A stretch of DNA of 63,497 nt, filler included, from Octopus bimaculoides (lineage: Eukaryota): the NCBI RefSeq assembly GCF_001194135.2. It is 6 parts of 4 records of this genome, joined end to end, with 100 filler letters (N's around TTAATTAATTAA, not from the genome) between each part and the next. Parts side by side here need not be neighbours in the genome. Positions count along the whole stretch, not along the records: positions 24,258 to 48,091 come from NC_068982.1; 5 more parts are not named here. One strand, given 5' to 3'. Both the position numbers and the translations under genes were made by a program. The number at the start of each line of letters is the position of its first letter. Position 1 is the first letter of the stretch. This document shows positions 24,600-36,990 of this stretch, piece by piece. Under the pieces are notes generated by a model that saw nothing but the letters and a program-made list of their open reading frames with translations, was not told the origin of the DNA and searched no databases.

Positions 24600-25140
24600 T
24601 TTACCACTTTAATGAAAGAGCTTCTGTGTAAACAACATTCTTTGTTTTCTAGTTTGTAGCATAGACAAATAAGTCTTGCAAACTACCTACACTGGAGCAA
24701 CCAATATAAAGTTGACCATGTGAAAATCAAGCCAGCAGATTTCAAAGACTGACCTTGAGCTTTATTAATAGACATTGCAAAGCAAAGACGCACTGGGAAT
24801 TGTGTTTGTTTGAACTCAAATGGCATGTCTGTTGGTTTGATCGGAATTCTTGGAATGAAGGCCTCTTCCCCAGAGGCACACCCAGTGGTGATAGCAGCTT
24901 CTGTCACATTAGGTGATAATGTCTTCACAATCAACCTTGTCCCATTGCATAATTTAGGAGGATTTAAATGTCTTAGAAGAATTATTGGCGCTCCTCCTCT
25001 CAGAAAACGTTTATGTGGAGGAATTCCAGGTGACTCAAAAGAATTAAGGAACTTTATTGGGCAATTGACAGCTTGATTTTCATCAAGGACTGAATCATCT
25101 GATTTGTACTTCTTAATGACTGTTGGAATCTTATTCATTA
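24600..25140 (-). mobile_element. Helitron PIF1-like helicase C-terminal fragment
   Basis: FLNSFESPGIPPH..LNPPKLCNGTRL..FIPRIP..QFPVRLCFAMSINKAQGQSL. Confidence 0.9.
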
Positions 25141-25269
25141 ATTCATGGTTAATCCTTCTACTGTCTCATTTTTTTGGAGGAAGAATTGCCCTTTCACACA
25201 GCCATTTATGTGAATTATAATTATTACTTAACTCTGGCAATACCCTGTTCTTCAATTCAGCTGAGGAAT

Positions 25270-25375
25270 TCACCAGGTTCGTTTTCCATGTTTTCGTATT
25301 TCATGTTCTTGTTTTTCATGTTGTTTACGTTTTTTTTTTTTGACGTCCTGCACCCATATATGCATCTGTATATAC
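25270..25375 (+). mobile_element. PLE-like terminal fragment ending GACGTCCTGCACCCATATAT
   Basis: Same terminus as 40480-40560 and 55495-55615. Confidence 0.55.
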
Positions 25376-25469
25376 ATGTATATGTAAGTATGTACATGTA
25401 TGTATGTATATATGCATATATATATTATTTATATTATTATATACATGTGTGTGTGTGTCTGTGTTTGTA

Positions 25470-25650
25470 CCCCGGCCATCGCTTGACAACCGATGTTGCT
25501 GTGTTTACGTCCCCGTAACTGAGCCGTTTGGCAAAACACACCGATAGAATAACATTAGGCTTACAAAGAATAAATCCTGGGGTCCATTTCTTCGACTAAA
25601 AGTGATGCTCCAGCATGGCCGCAGCCACACGACCGAAATAAGTAAAACAA
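25470..25650 (+). mobile_element. SINE family B
   Basis: Near-complete copy. Confidence 0.8.
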
Positions 25651-25654
25651 TAAT

Positions 25655-25700
25655 AACCTATTTCATCTTAACCCCGAGCAATGCCGGGCATCTCTGCTAG
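25655..25700 (+). mobile_element. Helitron 3' terminus (hairpin + CTAG|T)
   Basis: CCCG-AGCAATG-CCGGG then CATCTCTG-CTAG followed by T. Confidence 0.7.
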
Positions 25701-26154
25701 TTATATATAATTATCTTCTGTGCACAACTTGATTAATAAATTCTGCTTTCACAAAAGAAAAGTTAAATGATGCGCACAACACATTTATTCAATAGAGATG
25801 CCCAGTGTACAAAACTTTCAATAAATTGTCAAATTTACTATTATGTTAACGAAGCCTGATACACTTTGTAAGTTAATATATGTATGCTAGTGGTTGGGCA
25901 AAATCGTAAGAGTGATGAACAAAAATGCATTTAGCTATGTTTCTGTAAGTTCTGATTTCAAATCCTACTGATGTCGACTTTATCTTTCATTTCAGTGAGC
26001 CCGATAAAATAGATATAAACACAAACTATGTCACACACTATCTGTTGGCAGACAGAACAACCACCGAAGTAGACACAATTTCTTGGTTGCCACCTTAGTT
26101 ATTTGGCTCACAATAAATACCTTTCTACAACACTACACAGCATTAACAAAGTAC

Positions 26155-26400
26155 AAGGGTGGTGAGCTGGCAGAATCGTTAACACGCCGGGCAAAAGTTA
26201 AACGGCATTTCGTCCGTCTTTACTTTCTAAGTTCAAACTCCGCTGAGGTCGACTTCGCCTTTCAGGATCAATAAAATAAGTACCAGTTGAGTGCCTTTCA
26301 GAGTCAATAAAATAAGTACCAATTGAGCACTGGGTCGATGTATTCGACTTGCCCTTTCCCCAGAACTTGCTGGTCTTGTACAAACATTTGAAACCAATAT
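26155..26400 (+). mobile_element. SINE family A with internal duplication of the core
   Basis: A/B boxes; GCCTTTCAG..TCAATAAAATAAGTACCA present twice. Confidence 0.8.
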
Positions 26401-26423
26401 TAACTAAGCAAGGAAGACATATA

Positions 26424-26660
26424 CAAGGTCTGATCAAAAAGTATCGGAACTGTTGTTATGGGAACAGAGCTAAAATATGCATTGTAAAGCCACTTGTCCA
26501 AGATTGACCTTGAACTCTATAGCACATGCATACTAAGTTATAACGTCCTCGCTCACTTCCGTTGTTTATCGTAGTGCTTGCAAGTAAAGTGTGTAGAGTG
26601 TGGTCGTCTCAAAAGAAGATCGGTTTCAGCTGCACAGATATCCTTGACTGTGTCAAGAAT
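26424..26660 (+). mobile_element. Mariner-type left end / deleted derivative
   Basis: TA-CAAGGTCTGATCAAAAAGTATCGGAAC TIR-like start. Confidence 0.5.
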
Positions 26661-27778
26661 GCGGTGTAAAGCTATTGATGGAAAAAGTAAAGTACAGCAT
26701 CTAGGTGGTTTGTCGGAGAAAGTGCATTACTAATGTAGGATTAATTCCACTTCCTCAAGGCAAAGGCAATAAAGAGAAAAACTTGTGCTGTTCAAAATAA
26801 ACAAATAGTTACCCTCAACCGTTTAATGTCACAGTTACAACGACTGCACTTTGCAGTCAACGTGCCAGTCACATATTTTATGTGAAAAGAGTGAAATTGC
26901 CAGGAATTTAGTAACAAGACAAGTGAGCACTATTGCACATGTATCGAAATTGATGTAAGAATCCAACAATGGTTTTGTTTAGCATAAAATCCTCACAATT
27001 CTCATCTCCCAAAGATATTTAGCTGTTGTATCGATACAAACTGAAATTCGTTAACATTCTCATTTTGAAGTTCAGTTATAAATTCAATGGGAATTACATA
27101 TTTAGATTCCAGTCAACTTAATTTTCAAAATAGCATTTAACAGAATATCAAAAGTAATTAATAATGATAAAAGCAACATCAATATCAAAAGGCAATATTT
27201 ATCCCCACTGAAAAGTTGATGCTGTGTTGGAACACAGAGTACTGCGGTAGTCACCATGAGAGAACCTGTCATATGGTCGTTTAGTGCATATACGTACTCT
27301 TGCTTATATCGCTAGTGGGAGACAAATCAACTGCCATTGCTGTCCGATGAACGGGAACGTGAAACTCCGAGTAACGGTTTTTTGTTATATTTCTGCTGCT
27401 TTTAAATAAAGTATATATATATANNNNNNNNNNNNNNNNNNNNNNNNNNNNNNNNNNNNNNNNNNNNNNNNNNNNNNNNNNNNNNNNNNNNNNNNNNNNN
27501 NNNNNNNNNNNNNNNNNNNNNNNNNNNNNNNNNNNNNNNNNNNNNNNNNNNNNNNNNNNNNNNNNNNNNNNNNNNNNNNNNNNNNNNNNNNNNNNNNNNN
27601 NNNNNNNNNNNNNNNNNNNNNNNNNNNNNNNNNNNNNNNNNNNNNNNNNNNNNNNNNNNNNNNNNNNNNNNNNNNNNNNNNNNNNNNNNNNNNNNNNNNN
27701 NNNNNNNNNNNNNNNNNNNNNNNTATATATATGTACGTATGTATGAATATAAGAATGCATGTGTGAGTGTGTGTGTGT

Positions 27779-27819
<41 letters not shown>

Positions 27820-28689
27820 TGTGTGTGTATGTGTGTGTATGTAGATACACATACAGGAAATATTAATAACTGGTGCTCTACTGTTATGTTAGGTTGATTT
27901 ATTGAATTTCATATATCAGGTTAACCTAAAATACCTTTAAAGTTAGATTCGCACAATATTTCCATTCCCTTGTATCCAGAAACATGTGTAATGTAGCGTT
28001 CCTTTCAAAACATATTTAGTTCCTGAAAGTAAAAAAGGAAAGCAATACCAGAATAAAATGAAGTGCTGTTACTAATTAAAGCGCATCTAGCGGCCGCAAG
28101 TAGTCACTGTCAGCAGTGTACTAAAAAAATGTGACACTAAAAAATCTCAAAATGTTGACTCTACCTAATTTATTTCAAACTGGGGAAAAATCCTTTCGTT
28201 ATACTTTCATGCAAAGAAGTATAAGATTAAGACCTTTAAGTGTAATCATGTAGCACTGGATTTCGAACAACAGATTGGCTGAAACTGAAGTCTACAGACA
28301 ACGCATGGTTAAACGAGAAATTCGACAGATAAAAATCAAGATAAAATATGGGCATTTAATAACAAATTATGTACTTTTGCTTTCCACTAAAAATAGAAAC
28401 ATCCCCTTATGCATTATATGTCATAAAGTGTACGAAGAAACCCACATGAAAAATTCTGTTACCAAGTCGGCAAACTTGACTAATCCTAAGAAATTACTTA
28501 AGAAATCATTTAGAAATTACTGCCTATTATGTATAGCTCATGTGGTCTATGCCAGCCATCAAAGGAGAGTGATCTCGACGCCATTTTAGACAAAATCAGG
28601 TTCTTCATTTTAGCCCAAACATGGCCGTCTGAATGATTGATTCATGGGGAAACGTGGAATAATGGCAAACCGCATCAGTCAATGACATA

Positions 28690-28728
<39 letters not shown>

Positions 28729-29307
28729 NNNNNNNNNNNNNNNNNNNNNNNNNNNNNNNNNNNNNNNNNNNNNNNNNNNNNNNNNNNNNNNNNNNNNNNN
28801 NNNNNNNNNNNNNNNNNNNNNNNNNNNNNNNNNNNNNNNNNNNNNNNNNNNNNNNNNNNNNNNNNNNNNNNNNNNNNNNNNNNNNNNNNNNNNNNNNNNN
28901 NNNNNNNNNNNNNNNNNNNNNNNNNNNNNNNNNNNNNNNNNNNNNNNNNNNNNNNNNNNNNNNNNNNNNNNNNNNNNNNNNNNNNNNNNNNNNNNNNNNN
29001 NNNNNNNNNNNNNNNNNNNNNNNNNNNNNNNNNNNNNNNNNNNNNNNNNNNNNNNNNNNNNNNNNNNNNNNNNNNNNNNNNNNNNNNNNNNNNNNNNNNN
29101 NNNNNNNNNNNNNNNNNNNNNNNNNNNNNNNNNNNNNNNNNNNNNNNNNNNNNNNNNNNNNNNNNNNNNNNNNNNNNNNNNNNNNNNNNNNNNNNNNNNN
29201 NNNNNNNNNNNNNNNNNNNNNNNNNNNNNNNNNNNNNNNNNNNNNNNNNNNNNNNNNNNNNNNNNNNNNNNNNNNNNNNNNNNNNNNGATTATCTGTCTG
29301 GCCCTAG

Positions 29308-29400
29308 ATTTCCATTCGGATGCAATGAATACACTGGAAATTAACTTCCTTGTCAACAGAATAAGAGCCTTGCTACTTGTCCGACTACGTATCGGAATAC
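29308..29400 (+). CDS. Candidate 93-nt symmetric (phase 1-1) exon, DFHSDAMNTLEINFLVNRIRALLLVRLRIGI
   Basis: ccctag| acceptor, |GTGAGT donor, one open frame; the donor may simply be a microsatellite edge. Confidence 0.15.
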
Positions 29401-29573
29401 GTGAGTGTGTTTGTATGTGCGTGTGTCTGTGTGTGTGTGAGAAAGAATGAAGGAAAGAGACAGGCGAAGACGAGAATAACAAAGAAATGAATGAGTGGGT
29501 GAATAGGATATTGATGGACAGAATCTAAAGAAGAAGTTAAAAGAGGAAAGGAATAACGATAGATGGATCGGTC

Positions 29574-29629
<56 letters not shown>

Positions 29630-29717
29630 CAGACAGGCAGACGGACGGATGGATGGATGGTTGAATGGATTGATAGATGGTGATACATGGCAAAACGCAG
29701 AAATTTGAACACGTTAC

Positions 29718-29763
<46 letters not shown>

Positions 29764-30145
29764 NNNNNNNNNNNNNNNNNNNNNNNNNNNNNNNNNNNNN
29801 NNNNNNNNNNNNNNNNNNNNNNNNNNNNNNNNNNNNNNNNNNNNNNNNNNNNNNNNNNNNNNNNNNNNNNNNNNNNNNNNNNNNNNNNNNNNNNNNNNNN
29901 NNNNNNNNNNNNNNNNNNNNNNNNNNNNNNNNNNNNNNNNNNNNNNNNNNCACGCACACCAACACACATGAATGTATATGTAGGAAAAAGGGAAAAACGC
30001 AGGCGAGCGAGAAACTGCGCGCCAGAATGTGTGTGTGTGTATGTGTGTGTGTGTGTGTGCGTGCGCGCGCGTGCGTGCGTCCGTGCGTGTGTGTAGGTCT
30101 GTGTGTCTGTGCGTGTGTGAGAGAGAGAGAAACAGAGAAGGATAA

Positions 30146-30195
<50 letters not shown>

Positions 30196-31460
30196 TTGAA
30201 AAAAAAAACACCTATCGCAGAGATGCTGTAAAATTAGAACGGATAAACTCTTGAATCTTGTATAATTCCAGTCGAGCACTTTCACAGAGTTTTACTGAAC
30301 AATGGAGCTGTTTAATCGCGTGACATCAATTAAATGTTTTTGTCGTTTTTCTCTTTATATCCTGGAAATTCGATTCTCACACTTGTTTCCCATCCAACAC
30401 CGAATGATTTCCACCTTCCTTCCTTCCTTCTGACCGGTTCCTTCTTTCTCTCTTTCATTCTTTCTATCCTTCCTACTTTCTTTCTTTCTTTCTTTCTTTT
30501 TCCTCTCTCTTTTTTCTTTTTTCCTATCTTTCTTTCTATGTTTTTGCCCTCTTCTTTTATATTTCTTGCCTTTCATATTGCATCCATGTAAAATTTCCTT
30601 GCCAACAGACATGGTATTACAATTCAATGTTTAAAATTATTTTATCAACCCATCATAATCATTTGCTCTGATCTTATACTTAATTACTTGTTTTTTTATT
30701 TTTATTTTCTTTCGTTGTTTTAATTCTTGTTTCATCCGTAGTGTGTGTGCAACCGTATGTGTGTGAAAGAGTGTGTGCTTGTGTGTTCGCACGCCTACGT
30801 GTGCGCGCGTATATTGGCGATTGTGTTCAGACAATTAAAAGGTGGGAGCTTGAATGGAGGTATAGGGTCGTGAAAAAAAAGCCAAACAGAACTATGAAAA
30901 CAACACAGCCGAACATAAATCCACTTTGGAGGAGATACAGGGATAGAAGAGAAAGTGAGAAAGGCTGAAAGACTGAAAGAGAGATAAAGACATCAAGAAC
31001 AGATGTTGCTTCTGATATTTTCCCTTCGGGTGAAGTCCGGAGAAGAGTATGTGCCAGATAACATGAAGATGTGCCTCCTCTAACATCTAGAATCTTCGTT
31101 GCTCCTCCTGATTTAGTAGTGAAGGAAATTTTTGAATGGATATTGCCAGTTGTATACAGGTTGAAGTTGAATACAAACAGACCGCAAATGTGAGAGTCTT
31201 TTTCAATACTATTGGAACTACTTTGTTGAGGATTTATGAGTTGGCGATTTCTGAAAATTTGTTTTTATAAAATCATCTTCATAAGACACTAAAAGGACCG
31301 GCAGAAATTTCGGAAGCAGAGAACTGCCAGGCTGTGCAATGCACATAAGTATCTACTGCATTCCGAATAATATTCTTTTTAAACGTTTTGTCGATGAGTG
31401 AAGTTGGTGAGATTTTTCAATTATAATATTGTGTTTTCATGTATTGTTGTAATACAGTTT

Positions 31461-31696
31461 CTTCTTTCTTTATTGCCCACAAGGGGCTAAACATAGAGGG
31501 GACAAACAAGGACAGACAAACGGATTAAGTCGATTATATCGACCCCAGTGCGTAACTGGTACTTATTTAATCGACCCCGAAAGGATGAAAAGCAAAGTCG
31601 AACTCGTCGGAATTTGAACTCAGAACGTAACGGCAGACGAAATACCGCTAAGCATTTCGCCCGGCGTGCTAACGTTTCTGCCAGCTCGCCGCCTTA
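31461..31696 (-). mobile_element. Young full-length SINE A with target-site duplication
   Basis: (G)TAATACAGTT(T) on both sides; intact A/B boxes. Confidence 0.9.
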
Positions 31697-32063
31697 ATAA
31701 TACAGTTGTAATACAGTTTCTGCGAACCATTTGGGGAATTCGAAGTTAAGGTCTTTAGTTGTGTCTGGGATGTGAATGGATATACCTACACCAGTCAACT
31801 GTCTCGAAATGTGACGAGTTTAGGGAGATGGTAGTGCTTTGTAATATTTAAATGTGAGATAGCTGATCTTGACCAGTTGGTGTTCGAAAGTCTGCTTTCA
31901 GAAATGAGAAAAATCTTCAACTGTGTTTGAAAAGTGTCTATGTGTTGGTCAGAGATACGGTCAAGTTATGATACTTTTACAAGCATCGTTAGTGTGGGAG
32001 GAAGACTTGTAAAAACTGAGGTCAATGAAGGCGATAATTTCACAGAATGGACTTATTCTTAAG

Positions 32064-32401
32064 GCGACGAGCTGGCAGAATCGTTTGCGCGCCGGACAAA
32101 ATGCTTAGCGGTATTTCGTCTGCCGCTACGTTCTGAGTTCAAATTCCGCCGAGGTCGAGTTTGCCTTTCATCCTTTCGGGGTCGATAAATTAAGTACCAG
32201 TTACGCACTGGGGTCGATGTAATCGACTTAATCCGTTCGTCTGTTCTTGTTTGTTCCCTCTATGTTTAGCCCCTTGTGGGCAATAACGAAATAGGTATTT
32301 CGTCTGCCGCTACGTTCTGTGTTCAAATTCCGCCGGGGTCGACTGCCTTTCATCCTTTCGGAATCGATAAATTAAGTACCAGTGATGCACTGGGGTCGAT
32401 G
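32064..32401 (+). mobile_element. Young full-length SINE A (32064-32290) plus a tandem partial copy
   Basis: About 90% identical by eye to the 31461 copy; another tail at 32760-32830 after the gap. Confidence 0.9.
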
Positions 32402-33199
32402 NNNNNNNNNNNNNNNNNNNNNNNNNNNNNNNNNNNNNNNNNNNNNNNNNNNNNNNNNNNNNNNNNNNNNNNNNNNNNNNNNNNNNNNNNNNNNNNNNNN
32501 NNNNNNNNNNNNNNNNNNNNNNNNNNNNNNNNNNNNNNNNNNNNNNNNNNNNNNNNNNNNNNNNNNNNNNNNNNNNNNNNNNNNNNNNNNNNNNNNNNNN
32601 NNNNNNNNNNNNNNNNNNNNNNNNNNNNNNNNNNNNNNNNNNNNNNNNNNNNNNNNNNNNNNNNNNNNNNNNNNNNNNNNNNNNNNNNNNNNNNNNNNNN
32701 NNNNNNNNNNNNNNNNNNNNNNNNNNNNNNNNNNNNNNNNNNNNNNNNNNNNNNNNNNNGGATCAATCTAATCGACTGGCCCCGTCTCCAAAAGCTTCGG
32801 GCTATGTGCCTAGAGTAGAAAAGAAAGGACTCGTTCTGATCTAACAATAATATGGTAAAGTAGGTCAATGTTTGCTTATCTAAACTGATGTTACCTGAAA
32901 TGTCAAATGCATTAATTGTCCTTTTAAAGCTCTATATCTTGCCCTTCACATATTTTAAAAATCAAAGACCAGTTTGTCAAATCATATGTTCTATTCAATG
33001 ACGGAAATATTTCTTTCAAATATGAACATTTTATTGAAGAAAGGCTACAAAATAAACAATATGAGATAGCTTGGAAAATATCAGTTTATTTATGCATGAA
33101 TTCTGATATGACCTATTGAGCTGTAGCTTCTATCACATCCGTTTAAAATATACACCCAATGTTATATTCACTTTCATACCCGCGTCCGAAAAGCCAGAG

Positions 33200-33725
33200 A
33201 AAAGTATGGATACAGCCTCTTCCTCCAGGTTAAATCAATAAAGAGTTATACCTTACATTTAATCATCGTATCGCCGCCGCGAGCGGTACATCATTTGTAC
33301 GATGTGGAAAATATACCGCCAGCATTGCCCAAACGACCTGAACATTAGTTTCAAGGTTCATCCAAGGCTGGGACCACGAGCCATACGTGTCCTGCCCAAT
33401 TCAGGATCACAACATATAGGTTCATTGCGGCATAATTTCTTTTCCTCAACAGACCCTGCCCTGTTTAACATTGTCCCAAAACTGATTAAAGAGGAAAAGG
33501 ATCCCATCAACTTTAAACAGAGTCTGGGCAGATTTCTTCAAGGAATACTAGATAAACCACCCATACCTGGATACAACTCACTCAACAAAAACTCACTACA
33601 TGAATGGACCATAGACAAAACTTGACTGTAAAAAGTATTTAGATAATCCTATCAGGTGGTGCTATTAAGTTAGACATGGCCTGGACCAATCTTTGGTCGA
33701 AACATATCTAAGTTATCTAAGTTTA
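33200..33725 (+). mobile_element. CR1-group LINE 3' end
   Basis: RRERYIICTMWKIY..HPRLGPRAIR..PALFNIVPK..LDKPPIPGY..NKNSLHEW; tail stem-loop and (TATCTAAG) repeats. Confidence 0.85.
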
Positions 33726-34211
33726 TATATGCAACCAAACCTCTAAAATGATAATAAACATCTTTAAAATTCCAACGTTACATATTTTAATAAAAACAGA
33801 TTACTGTTATCGTTAATTTTGAACACCATCTCTTATGCACTGCGATCATCGATTCTTCTGTCCCCATCTTTGATCTTAGATACAGTATTTCATCATTTTC
33901 AGTCACCAGTCTAATTTCTGCTATCATGACAATATTCTTTCTTATAAAAATGATAATTTGGAAGGAGCTGATAAAATGCTGTTCACGCTAAGCAAGGAGA
34001 AAAAATCCTTCCCCGTAAATCCTTCCCCGTAAATGCTGACCTTAAGCCAAAATTTGAAATCATTATTGTTGTTGTTGTTGTTGTTAACCATCATCATTAC
34101 TAATAGTAGTAATTATAAAAATACTAATAATCATAACGATGACAATGATAACCTCTTTTATTTGACACCGGGGCATAGATGGTGGGGGGGGGGACATCAC
34201 CACAAGGACAA

Positions 34212-34363
34212 ATCGGTTTCATACAGGATTTCAGGTAACTCTGGCAATCACCAGAAAACCCCAAAGGAAAATATGGCTTGGATTCTTTGTCCACCTCCAT
34301 ACTTTTCTTTTCGGCCATTTCTGATGACTGCCGGAGTTTTCTCACTTCTTATATGAAACCGAT
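34212..34363. repeat. Imperfect 46-bp inverted repeat with 60-bp spacer (MITE-like hairpin)
   Basis: ATCGGTTTCATA...CAGAAA / TTTCTG...TATGAAACCGAT. Confidence 0.7.
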
Positions 34364-35119
34364 GGGTGAAGTTTCTGGTCAGAATATAGTATTATATTTC
34401 ATTAATAATATGTATACCGACTCAGTTAACTAATATATGAGCAACCGTTTTTTCTAACTCATGGCTTTTTAGACATACATGCATGCATATTTATGTATTT
34501 AAATATGTGNNNNNNNNNNNNNNNNNNNNNNNNNNNNNNNNNNNNNNNNNNNNNNNNNNNNNNNNNNNNNNNNNNNNNNNNNNNNNNNNNNNNNNNNNNN
34601 NNNNNNNNNNNNNNNNNNNNNNNNNNNNNNNNNNNNNNNNNNNNNNNNNNNNNNNNNNNNNNNNNNNNNNNNNNNNNNNNNNNNNNNNNNNNNNNNNNNN
34701 NNNNNNNNNNNNNNNNNNNNNNNNNNNNNNNNNNNNNNNNNNNNNNNNNNNNNNNNNNNNNNNNNNNNNNNNNNNNNNNNNNNNNNNNNNNNNNNNNNNN
34801 NNNNNNNNNNNNNNNNNNNNNNNNNNNNNNNNNNNNNNNNNNNNNNNNNNNNNNNNNNNNNNNNNNNNNNNNNNNNNNNNNNNNNNNNNNNNNNNNNNNN
34901 NNNNNNNNNNNNNNTGTGTGTAAGAAATAAAAGCGCTAATCAGTTATGTACCTAAATATAAACTTATTACCCGTTCAAATATGCTAGAGGCATGTTCGAA
35001 CCCGTAAGAAAGCCAATCACTGTATTTTGTTATGAAGAAAATTTCTCGCTGTGGACAAATAAGTGCAAACTCTCGTTATTTGTAACCGACAGAAGTAGCT
35101 AACCGCAATACTTACGACT

Positions 35120-35345
35120 AGTCCCATTCCGAACTAATTAGGGAGTCACTACGTAATCACTCGATCTGTTGGAAACAGCAGCCAAATATCATTTAAATAA
35201 CATACTACTATCTGCAGAAAAGAACAGGATACACTGGACAATGTAGTCCGCGATATAAAATACATATTAATGGCCACATTTGGAACTGACTTGTTCATAG
35301 ATCTGCTCGATCAAGGCAAACGTGAGTCAAAACAACAACAAAATA
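35120..35345 (+). mobile_element. SINE-like repeat 3' portion ending in (CAA)n
   Basis: GGGAGTCACTACGTAATCACTCGA..CAGCAGCCAAAT..TCTGCTCGATCA recognised from memory as an abundant octopus repeat. Confidence 0.45.
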
Positions 35346-36260
35346 ACTACTTCCACTTCACTGCTAGGATTTCCTGACTGTTAAAAACGAGAGAAGTGTA
35401 TTATTGAGGACTGTTCTGAACTTGCAGTATGGATTTCAATTCTCCCTTGTTCATCAGTTTGAGAGATTTAAGCTCCACCAAATCTTTCATAATGACTCTT
35501 TGTTGAGACTAACTGTTCAGTGACGTTTCAATCAAACAGTAACTTCAGAGAGTTTGAGAGTTTCTTCATCACTAAATACACCTGACTGTACACTTAATCA
35601 ATAAATCAAAGTTCATAGTTATCAGTTCATAATTATCTTTGTAAAACAGCCGCTCAAAATAACCAAACATACCAATGAAAATTATATATGTATTTGTCCA
35701 ATAATTCTCAATCTTGCATTCGCCTTCTCTTACGGTCTATCTAATATGGTAAAATTTACGTATTCATAGCAAACGGCAGATTTCTATTTGTATGCTAAAC
35801 ATAAATCCTCAATGTGCATTCGCTTAATTGCTTATTCATAGAAAGTGAATCCCAATTTCAAACACTGATGCGGTGGTTTCGTTCAGTAAAAAATACATCT
35901 GAATTAGATCTTCATAAGCTCTAATTTAAATATAAGCCTAATGCAAAATCCCGCCGAAACTTTTATGTTTTGTCTTCATTTCCAATGCACAGCCGTCAAA
36001 TGGCTTTGACTAAATCCAGTAAGAGTCGGTAGCTGAATTAGAAATAGAAAAAAACTACAAAAGTAATATTGTATTGTAATTGTTATTGGCATGTTAGTTT
36101 CCTACAATAAATATTAATAGACCAGAATGGACATCAAGTAGGAAGTGCCAAGATCCTATAGTTCGGGGTTCGTTCTGAGTTCTTTAGTTTCCATGTTTTT
36201 TTTTGTTTTTTTTTAACCCTCATGTTCAAGAGTATGAAACTGCAAATATTTAGTTTTCTT

Positions 36261-36318
<58 letters not shown>

Positions 36319-36639
36319 GTTGTAGGATGTTGAACAAAACAAGAAGCTTTCCTTCAAACCTTTGCTACTTGATTGAAAAGAAAGTCGTGTCATATTTCAA
36401 GATAAGAAAGCAAACAAATGTTTCTTTTGGTCATAATTGATATATTTAATCAAGATAACAGGTCCTCCATCATTATTGATAACATAATCCCATATGAAGC
36501 AAATTGATGATACTTAATGCGTAAAGTTTTTCATGTTTCGAAGTAAAGAAACACCCAGCATCATCTTTAACCTCTTCACAATTGATAAACTGTTTTTCCT
36601 CTAAATAATGTTGTAATGATCTGAAAAGATGATAGATAG

Positions 36640-36990
36640 AACAAGATCACGAAAGTTAGGAGAATAAGGCAAAACTTCCATATTTTGTGCTATAATCTTT
36701 TCCTGAGTGACTTGCGTAATATGTGGTTTTTGCATTATATTTTAAGCCCAACATCCCTTTACGACTGACCAATGATGTCAAATGATGGTGCAAATTTTTG
36801 TGCGATGCTTCCAATTGACGACAGTACTTCATATTAACCGTTTTGTTTTGGTTTAACACTTCATGATAGACGACGCCCTTAATATTCCACCAAAAACACG
36901 GCATAACGTTTTGGATGTAGCCCTGATACGAAGAAGGATTCTTCTTTTTCATTGAGTGCTAACCATTGTCGTTTTCGTTGGATAGTGATT
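36640..36990 (-). mobile_element. Mariner transposase catalytic-domain fragment
   Basis: RKRQW..VMPCFWWNIKGVVYHEVLNQNKTVN..YCRQL..LVSRKG. Confidence 0.8.

Noticed and set aside
20174-25138. Host PIF1 helicase gene
   Set aside because: Rep motifs, stops, frameshifts and lack of introns indicate Helitron relics; the two fragments lie on different scaffolds
32064-32160. tRNA genes
   Set aside because: A/B boxes belong to SINE heads; no cloverleaf, and SINE core and tail follow
34321-34363. CTGATGA...GAAAC as a hammerhead
   Set aside because: The intervening sequence does not form stem II, and there is no NUH triplet or stem I; it is one arm of an inverted repeat
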